The translations under genes were made by a program, and so were the position numbers. Positions 57,842 through 64,000 of a stretch of DNA of 64,000 bases are shown one piece after another. The stretch is from positions 11 to 64,010 of the forward strand of contig JAAYEV010000103.1 of assembly GCA_012728565.1 (NCBI GenBank), in the 5' to 3' direction. The notes below the pieces were generated by a model. That model was not told the DNA's origin and did no database searches. It saw only the letters and a list, made by a program, of their open reading frames with translations. Source of the DNA: Clostridiales bacterium (lineage in GTDB: Bacteria > Bacillota > Clostridia > Ch29). Within the stretch, counting starts at the first letter, position 1. Every line of letters starts with the position of its first letter.

Positions 57842-60241
57842 CTATACTCCCCTGTAAAAATGTCCCCTGGTTATTCCGCTCGCAATGTATCTTTCGACAA
57901 GGTCCCGGTCGTAAGGCTCCCCGTCGGCTGCCTTCCTGTAGTTTTCTACAAGGTATGCAAACTCTTCCGCTTCCTCGTCCAGGTGTATAAGCCTTATTCC
58001 CCCGATACCCGTTCCCCGCAGGTCCTCCATTTTATCCAGCATAAAAAGGGGTTGTGAGTTGCTAACTTCGGTCCTGCCGGTTTCATCTTGGAAAACGGGG
58101 AAAACAAAACCCTTGCTGTCCATAAGGCCGTAGCTTCCCTTTCCCAGCCCCTCCAGCACCGGGTAGCGGATTGTCATAAGCCTCTGCCTTCCATGGACCG
58201 CCGCTTCGCAGTATATTTCCGACCCAAGGGCTATATCCCTCACCTGTTTCAGCGTAAGCTCCGGTGACAGCACCGCCCCGCTGCAACCCCACTCCTGCAC
58301 CTTTGCCGCACTTAGGCGGTTAAATATGTTAAAACCCTGCCCTGCTATTATTTCCACATCACCCCGGTATTCCCCGCAGGCAGCAAGGTGGCCGGGATTT
58401 GATATTTCTATCCCATGTATTATGTGGCGCAGTCTTTCAATAAGCCCTGTTATCCGCTCAATATCCTCCCGGTCGGTTACCAGCGGAAACTTTACATAAA
58501 GCGTAAGGCCACGGTGAAGAACGCTGTATTCTTCTTCATCCTTTTCAAAGCACCTTAGCACCACCCTGTCCGCCCCCGACCGTGCAAACAGCTCGGCAGA
58601 GGAGGGACTGCCCGTTTCAACGGTAAGGCGTATCCTGTCATTGGGGCGACCTGCCCGCCGGTACCTTTGCTGTTCCAGCGATGTAATTAGCTCTTTGGTT
58701 CCAACGGGTTCCCGGTCGGTCCCGGCCCTTATTCGCCCCAGCTGCTCTAAGGCCTTTCGCCTTAGATTGTTTATCTCAGAAACGGATATATATATTCCCT
58801 TATCGGCATCAACGGTTATTTGCTCCATCACAAAGGGGGTCCCCCCGGTCTTGGCAAGCTGTTCGGAAATCCTTTCGCCGTCCATCGCAACCTTTTCCGC
58901 CGGCTCCACCGGCCTATCCCCCCTGACGGTCACATAACCGCCCCGGTCATCCCACAGCCTGATTTCCGGTAGCAGTCCCTTTCTAAACGAGGCGGCGCAG
59001 TACACCGGAATCCTTTTGCTGTCTTCTTTATAGCTTGAGGCAAGGTCCTCCATCAGCTCCCTGTCGTAGGTTTTAAAAACCACGCTGCCAACAACGACAC
59101 TCTTTTTGAATTCAATCTCAGCCACCTGGCCCTTACTGCCTTTTTCGACAGGTTTCCCGTTTACCGACATGGAAGTCACCCTTGTTCCCGCCCTGCCGCT
59201 TCCGGTGTCCAATTCTATACCATCCCCGATGTTCAGCCGGTCGGAAAGCCTTATTTCCACCCTTCCCGCCCCGGTTCCGGCTATCACACCTACCGGCACT
59301 CCCCTGTTGTCCGGGCGGTCATGGTTCAAAAAACCCTCCCGCTCCCCGCCAAGGACAAAACCCGCAGTGAAACCGCGGTTAAAAACCCGAAGCAAAAGGT
59401 CCTTCCCTTCTGAAGTATCCCCTATACTGCCCTTTTCCAGGTAATTGTCAATAGCCCTTCGGTAGACCCTTGTTGCCGCCGCCACATACTCCGGCCTCTT
59501 CATGCGGCCCTCTATCTTAAAGCTGTCTATGCCGGCCCTAAGCAGCGTATCCATCCGGTCAAGGGTAAACAGGTCCCTGGGGCTTAAAAGGTATCCCTCT
59601 TTTACAGTCCTCCCTCCCCGGTCCCGGTCCACTACCCTGTACCACTTCCTGCAGGGCTGGGCACACTTCCCCCGGTTGCCGCTCCTGCCGCCAATAAGGC
59701 TGCTCATCAGGCACTGGCCTGAATAGGACATGCACAGTGCCCCCTGCACAAAAACCTCCACCGGCAGCCCCGACAGCCGTTTTATGTTCAATACCTCCTC
59801 CAGCCGCAGTTCCCTTGCAGCAACCACCCTGTCAATGCCGGCATCTTTAAGAAGCAGCGCACCCTCGGGGCTGTAAATGGTCATCTGGGTGCTGGCGTGA
59901 ACCTGCATACCGGGGAAATATCTCTTGGCAAGGGCTGCTAATCCAAGGTCCTGCACAATGACCGCATCCGCCCCAATATTGTATAAATATTCCAGGTAAT
60001 GTACCGCATCCCCTAGCTCCTCATCGGATATCAGGGTATTAAACGTGACATAAATCCTAACCCCGCGCAGGTGTGCATACCGCATCGCCTGCTCCAGCTC
60101 TCGGTCGTCGAAATTGGAGGCATAACTACGGGCGTTATACCTTTGACCGCCCATATATACCGCATCGGCACCGTTCTGGACTGCCGCCCTAAGGGCTTCC
60201 ATGCTTCCTGCCGGGCTTAGTAATTCGGGTTTATATGCCAT
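57842..60241 (-). CDS. U32-family peptidase, long form
   Basis: Family signature at the N-terminus (ELLSPAG, E-x-F-x-x-G-A-[LM]-C, GRSGNRG.C.Q.CR) and a C-terminal extension. Confidence 0.85.
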   Translation of the reverse strand: MAYKPELLSPAGSMEALRAAVQNGADAVYMGGQRYNARSYASNFDDRELEQAMRYAHLRGVRIYVTFNTLISDEELGDAVHYLEYLYNIGADAVIVQDLGLAALAKRYFPGMQVHASTQMTIYSPEGALLLKDAGIDRVVAARELRLEEVLNIKRLSGLPVEVFVQGALCMSYSGQCLMSSLIGGRSGNRGKCAQPCRKWYRVVDRDRGGRTVKEGYLLSPRDLFTLDRMDTLLRAGIDSFKIEGRMKRPEYVAAATRVYRRAIDNYLEKGSIGDTSEGKDLLLRVFNRGFTAGFVLGGEREGFLNHDRPDNRGVPVGVIAGTGAGRVEIRLSDRLNIGDGIELDTGSGRAGTRVTSMSVNGKPVEKGSKGQVAEIEFKKSVVVGSVVFKTYDRELMEDLASSYKEDSKRIPVYCAASFRKGLLPEIRLWDDRGGYVTVRGDRPVEPAEKVAMDGERISEQLAKTGGTPFVMEQITVDADKGIYISVSEINNLRRKALEQLGRIRAGTDREPVGTKELITSLEQQRYRRAGRPNDRIRLTVETGSPSSAELFARSGADRVVLRCFEKDEEEYSVLHRGLTLYVKFPLVTDREDIERITGLIERLRHIIHGIEISNPGHLAACGEYRGDVEIIAGQGFNIFNRLSAAKVQEWGCSGAVLSPELTLKQVRDIALGSEIYCEAAVHGRQRLMTIRYPVLEGLGKGSYGLMDSKGFVFPVFQDETGRTEVSNSQPLFMLDKMEDLRGTGIGGIRLIHLDEEAEEFAYLVENYRKAADGEPYDRDLVERYIASGITRGHFYRGV

Positions 60242-60473
60242 ACAACCATTCCCATCCTTGAATTCTTTAATATTATATCAATTGGACATGTTTTTTAACA
60301 TAGTCTTCGTAAAATTCATATATTGCCTTGCAATGTATAATTTTGCATTACTACGCATGATTTTGCATATTATTGCTTCTCCCAAGCGTGTCAAAAAAAC
60401 TATTATTGCTTCAAATTCGCCCGGTAATATGCAAATTTCTTACAAATAACGGCAATTAGCGGCAGAAAATTGA

Positions 60474-60502
60474 TATTGTTATTTATGTAAGTTTATAGTA
60501 TA
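60474..60502 (+). promoter_or_regulatory. putative sigma-A promoter of the liv operon
   Basis: TTGTTA, a 17-nt spacer, then TATAAT, about 85 nt upstream of the livJ ATG. Confidence 0.45.
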
Positions 60503-60590
60503 ATCAGTTAAATGTAAGAGTTGTACATACCGGGCGCACAAGTGTCCGGGAAACTAGGAAATCTTTATATTCCAATAAGGGGGTAACAAG

Positions 60591-61757
60591 ATGGTAAGAA
60601 AGTTGTCTTTTCTGTTAGTCGCGCTGATTATTATGTCCCTCGTTCTTTCCGGCTGCACGCCGAAACCCGCAGAGGAAACCGGCGGAGGAGAAGAAGAGGA
60701 CGTAATAAGGATCGGTGTTTTTGAGCCGATGACCGGCGCGAACGCAGCAGGGGGAGCACTTGAGGTAGAGGGCGTGGAGCTGGCAAACAAGCTCTATCCC
60801 GAAGTGCTGGGCAAAAAAGTGGAACTGGTTATCGTTGACAACAAGTCCGACCCTGTAGAAGCAGCCAGCGCCGCGGCACTGCTGGTAGAAAAGGAAAAAG
60901 TCGCGGCAATAATAGGAAGCTGGGGTAGTTCCCTTTCCATGGCCGCAGGGGATATCATAAGGGATAAGGTACCTACCGTTGGTGCTTCGTGTACCAATCC
61001 CCTGGTTACCCAAGGCAACGACTGGTATTTCAGGGTATGTTTCATAGACCCGTTCCAGGGTAAGGTTATGGCGACCTATTCCTATGAAAAACTCGGCGCC
61101 AAGAAAGCGGCAATAATCCAGGAAGTCAACAACGACTATGCAATAGGTCTTGCAAAATTCTATACCGATGCTTTCAAAGAGCTGACCGGTGACGACAACG
61201 CAATAGTTGCAGTTACCAACTACAATACCGGAGACCAGGACTTCTCCGCCCAGCTTACCAACATAATGACGGCAAATCCGGATGTAATATTCGCTCCGGG
61301 TAACTTCACAGAGTCGGCGCTGATAGTAAAACAGGCAAGGCAGCTTGGTATTACCGTCCCGATAATCGGCGGTGACACCTATGAGACACCCGAATTCATC
61401 GAGATAGGCGGAGATGCCGTTGAGGGCTGCGTATTCTCAACCTTCTTCACCTCCGAGACGCCGATAACAAAAGAATCCGAAAAGTTCCTGGAGGAATACA
61501 GAGCTGAATACGGCAAGGAACCGGCCGCTGTTACGGCGCTTGCATACGACGCCTATATCCTTATCCTTGATGCGATAGAAAGAGCCGGATCCACCGACCC
61601 GGTAGCCTTAAGGGATGCAATAGCCGCAACCGAAGGTTTCGAAGGCGCTGCCGGTATAATAACCCTTGATGAAAACGGCGACGCAGTTAAGAACGCGGTT
61701 ATAAAACAGGTCAAAAACGGCGAATTCGTTTATATGGACACTATTGAACCCAGGTAG
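60591..61757 (+). CDS. livJ: branched-chain amino acid ABC transporter substrate-binding lipoprotein
   Basis: Lipobox LSGC|T and a type I periplasmic binding fold (Leu/Ile/Val-binding family). Confidence 0.88.
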   Translation: MVRKLSFLLVALIIMSLVLSGCTPKPAEETGGGEEEDVIRIGVFEPMTGANAAGGALEVEGVELANKLYPEVLGKKVELVIVDNKSDPVEAASAAALLVEKEKVAAIIGSWGSSLSMAAGDIIRDKVPTVGASCTNPLVTQGNDWYFRVCFIDPFQGKVMATYSYEKLGAKKAAIIQEVNNDYAIGLAKFYTDAFKELTGDDNAIVAVTNYNTGDQDFSAQLTNIMTANPDVIFAPGNFTESALIVKQARQLGITVPIIGGDTYETPEFIEIGGDAVEGCVFSTFFTSETPITKESEKFLEEYRAEYGKEPAAVTALAYDAYILILDAIERAGSTDPVALRDAIAATEGFEGAAGIITLDENGDAVKNAVIKQVKNGEFVYMDTIEPR

Positions 61758-61774
61758 AAGCAGTATCCTATGAG

Positions 61775-61813
61775 AAATACGCTTCCTTCCCCCAAAGGAA
61801 GGAAGCGTATTTT
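61775..61813 (+). terminator. intra-operon terminator/attenuator between livJ and livH
   Basis: Perfect 16-bp stem AAATACGCTTCCTTCC / GGAAGGAAGCGTATTT with loop CCCAAA, followed by TTTTT. Confidence 0.8.
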
Positions 61814-61842
61814 TACGGACATTTGATACGGGTGGTGATTAT

Positions 61843-62736
61843 ATGGCTTTTGATGTTTTTTTGCAGCATCTTACAAACGGGATATCCCTGGGAAGCCTGT
61901 ATGCCCTTGTAGCTATAGGTTATACAATGGTTTATGGTATTCTTAGGCTGATAAACTTCGCCCACGGGGACATTTTCATGATGGCAACCTACTTTACTTT
62001 TTACAGCATTGTCATTTTTGGTGTGCCGTGGTATGCAGCTTTCCTGGCGGTAATAGTCGTTACCGGTGCCCTGGGAGTGATCCTTGAGGCTTCAGCTTAC
62101 AGGCCTTTAAGGGATGCCCCAAGGATTTCCATTATGATTTCAGCCATAGGCGCATCCTTCCTTCTTGAGAACCTCGCCATCGTTATCTTTGGAGGAAGAC
62201 CCAAGGCCTTTCCCGCACTGGACTTCTTTACCGAAGTGATTAAACTGGGTACCGTCTCCATACAAAGGTTGACATTTATTATACCTGTAATGACTCTTGT
62301 TTTGTTGTACGTGCTATTATACCTAATAAATAATACAAAAAGCGGTATGGCTATGAGAGCGGTGTCCAAGGACTTCGAAACCTCCCGCCTTATGGGAATT
62401 GACGTAAACAGGACCATATCCGTTACCTTCTTTTTAGGCTCTATGCTGGCAGCAGTGGGAGGCATCATGTGGGGCATGAAATTCCCACAGATACAGCCCC
62501 TGATGGGAGTTATGCCCGGGGTTAAATGTTTTATCGCCGCCGTAATAGGGGGTATCGGCAACATCCAAGGCGCGGTTTTGGGCGGCTTTATACTGGGTCT
62601 TGTGGAAATCCTGCTGATCGCTTTCCTGCCCGATTTGACCGGTTACAGGGATGCCTTTGCATTTATTCTGCTGATTATTGTACTGCTCTTCAGGCCTACC
62701 GGAATAATGGGCGAAAAAATAGCGGAGAAGGTGTAG
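61843..62736 (+). CDS. livH: branched-chain amino acid ABC transporter permease
   Basis: LivH-type permease with 8 TM helices. Confidence 0.88.
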   Translation: MAFDVFLQHLTNGISLGSLYALVAIGYTMVYGILRLINFAHGDIFMMATYFTFYSIVIFGVPWYAAFLAVIVVTGALGVILEASAYRPLRDAPRISIMISAIGASFLLENLAIVIFGGRPKAFPALDFFTEVIKLGTVSIQRLTFIIPVMTLVLLYVLLYLINNTKSGMAMRAVSKDFETSRLMGIDVNRTISVTFFLGSMLAAVGGIMWGMKFPQIQPLMGVMPGVKCFIAAVIGGIGNIQGAVLGGFILGLVEILLIAFLPDLTGYRDAFAFILLIIVLLFRPTGIMGEKIAEKV

Positions 62737-62739
62737 CCA

Positions 62740-63861
62740 ATGAATAACAATACACAAAAACAATCCCCTTTAATAAGGTTGGACTGGATAAAAGAAAGAA
62801 ACCCGAAACTTACAATAATATCGTTACTGCTGCTGGGCATATTCCTTTATATTGCAGATAACAGGTTTGACGCCTACCAGGTCAGGGTTTTAAACCTTTG
62901 CGCCATATATACGGTACTGGGCCTCAGCATGAACCTGATAAACGGTTTTACAGGACTGTTTTCGCTGGGTCATGCAGGTTTTATGGCAATCGGAGCCTAT
63001 ACCTGCGCACTGTTAACCATGCCGGTGGCGGTAAAGGACCAGAACTTCTTTCTGGAGCCAATAAATGAGGTGCTGCGCACAATAGTGCTGCCGTACCCTG
63101 CGGCACTGCTTGTGGGAGGAATATTCGCCGCCCTTATGGCGTTCTTAATAGGTGCCCCGGTGTTAAGGCTTAAGGGTGACTATCTGGGTATCGCCACGCT
63201 GGGCTTCGCGGAGATAATAAGGATAGTTATAACAAATCTCCAGACCATAACCAACGGGGCATTGGGCCTAAAAAGCATACCGGCCAAAACAAACCTGTGG
63301 TGGAGCTATGGCATAGCAGTTTTTACGACGGTGTTTCTTGTTTGGCTCATAAACAGCAGCTATGGAAGAGCCTTCAAGGCAATCCGGGAGGACGAAATTG
63401 CCGCCGAAGCCATGGGTATAAACCTTTTTAAACATAAGGTGCTTTCCTTTGTAATAGGCGCGTTTTTTGCCGGAGTGGGCGGAGGCCTGCTTGGAAACCT
63501 CCTGGGCGCGATAAACCCGCTGCTCTTTAGGTTCACATTGACCTTTAATATACTGCTTATTATAGTCCTTGGCGGCATGGGCAGCATAACGGGTACCATC
63601 ATATCCGCCTTCATAGTCACCATAGGCCAGGAAGCCTTGAGGTTCTTGGACCAGCCCTTCAGCCTCGGGTTCATCCAGGTACCCGGTATTTCCGGCTTGA
63701 GGATGGTGGTATTCTCGGCCCTTTTGATGCTGGTGGTGCTGTTCTTCCGCAGGGGCCTTATGGGTACTAATGAGTTCAGCTGGGACAGCTTTATAGGTTT
63801 TTTCAAGAATTTAGGCAAAGGGCCGGGAAAACCTCTTTCAAAAGGGGGAACTGAATCATGA
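62740..63861 (+). CDS. livM: branched-chain amino acid ABC transporter permease
   Basis: LivM-type permease. Confidence 0.88.
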   Translation: MNNNTQKQSPLIRLDWIKERNPKLTIISLLLLGIFLYIADNRFDAYQVRVLNLCAIYTVLGLSMNLINGFTGLFSLGHAGFMAIGAYTCALLTMPVAVKDQNFFLEPINEVLRTIVLPYPAALLVGGIFAALMAFLIGAPVLRLKGDYLGIATLGFAEIIRIVITNLQTITNGALGLKSIPAKTNLWWSYGIAVFTTVFLVWLINSSYGRAFKAIREDEIAAEAMGINLFKHKVLSFVIGAFFAGVGGGLLGNLLGAINPLLFRFTLTFNILLIIVLGGMGSITGTIISAFIVTIGQEALRFLDQPFSLGFIQVPGISGLRMVVFSALLMLVVLFFRRGLMGTNEFSWDSFIGFFKNLGKGPGKPLSKGGTES

Positions 63862-64000
63862 TACATCTTAGAACTGATTCCATTACAATGCAGTTCGGTG
63901 GACTGACAGCGGTCAAGGAATTCAGCCTGGAACTACGAAAAGGCGAAATAATTGCGCTGATAGGACCCAACGGCGCGGGCAAAACAACGGCTTTCAACAT
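63858..64000 (+). CDS. livG: branched-chain amino acid ABC transporter ATP-binding protein (5' partial; continues beyond window)
   Basis: ATGA overlap with the livM stop. Walker [10 protein letters not shown] is visible before the window ends. Confidence 0.85.
   Translation, partial: MIHLRTDSITMQFGGLTAVKEFSLELRKGEIIALIGPNGAGKTTAFN

Noticed and set aside
60424-60435. ATGCAAAT octamer identical to the eukaryotic Oct-1 site
   Set aside because: Coincidental in AT-rich DNA. It is treated only as the inverted copy of the local ATTTTGCAT repeat.
1-64000. CRISPR arrays, insertion sequences, integrases, prophage or toxin-antitoxin pairs
   Set aside because: Scanning intergenic regions found no direct-repeat/spacer periodicity, no transposase or integrase-like ORFs, and no small adjacent toxin/antitoxin-sized gene pairs. 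The window appears to be core chromosome.

Overview
This is a 64-kb stretch of core chromosome from a spore-forming Firmicute of class Clostridia, about 50% GC, with dense and strongly strand-biased coding. No mobile elements, CRISPR arrays or prophage genes were seen. Ordered content:

- **1-6.3 kb:** a sporulation block with yunB, a class A PBP, a SpoVAE-like Toprim protein and the spoIIAA-spoIIAB-sigF operon.
- **6.3-11 kb:** an NhaC antiporter, mogA, and an iscS-thiI tRNA-thiolation pair.
- **11-16.5 kb:** lysA, a LUD-domain protein, an XRE-cupin regulator beside a lone MIO-type histidine ammonia-lyase, and an HD-GYP phosphodiesterase.
- **16.7-21.2 kb:** an ACT-hom-thrC-thrB threonine operon followed by mecA.
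- **21.3-25.2 kb:** a cell-envelope and c-di-GMP cluster with a GGDEF protein, a 4xLysM protein carrying an M15-like peptidase domain, and an FG-GAP lipoprotein.
- **25.4-26.9 kb:** an aldo/keto reductase fused to a ferredoxin domain, plus a small membrane protein.
- **26.4-50.4 kb:** a long run of minus-strand genes. It includes two GNAT proteins, a Dph6-like PP-loop ATPase, three metallophosphoesterases, a 5'-nucleotidase and an L,D-transpeptidase-like lipoprotein. It also holds an iorAB-ptb aryl-pyruvate module with a permease, ychF, nagZ, a radical SAM protein, a rhomboid, and ytfJ-ytfI with uncharacterised neighbours. The run ends with a DMT transporter and glyA.
- **50.6-60.2 kb:** kynU, a GH18 hydrolase, a DUF523 protein, tRNA-Pro(CGG), a class V aminotransferase, mutS2 and a U32 peptidase.
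- **60.6-64 kb:** the start of a branched-chain amino acid ABC transporter operon (livJ, livH, livM and a partial livG).

The most notable point is that thrB is interrupted by an in-frame TAA. Other anomalies are two small same-frame ORFs separated by TAA between sigF and the spoVAE-like gene, and an ior-ptb cluster with no acyl kinase. A repeated ATTTTGCAT motif sits upstream of the liv operon, and a strong internal terminator lies between livJ and livH. I did not find a clearly novel multi-gene system, and all family assignments come from reading motifs by eye, without searches.
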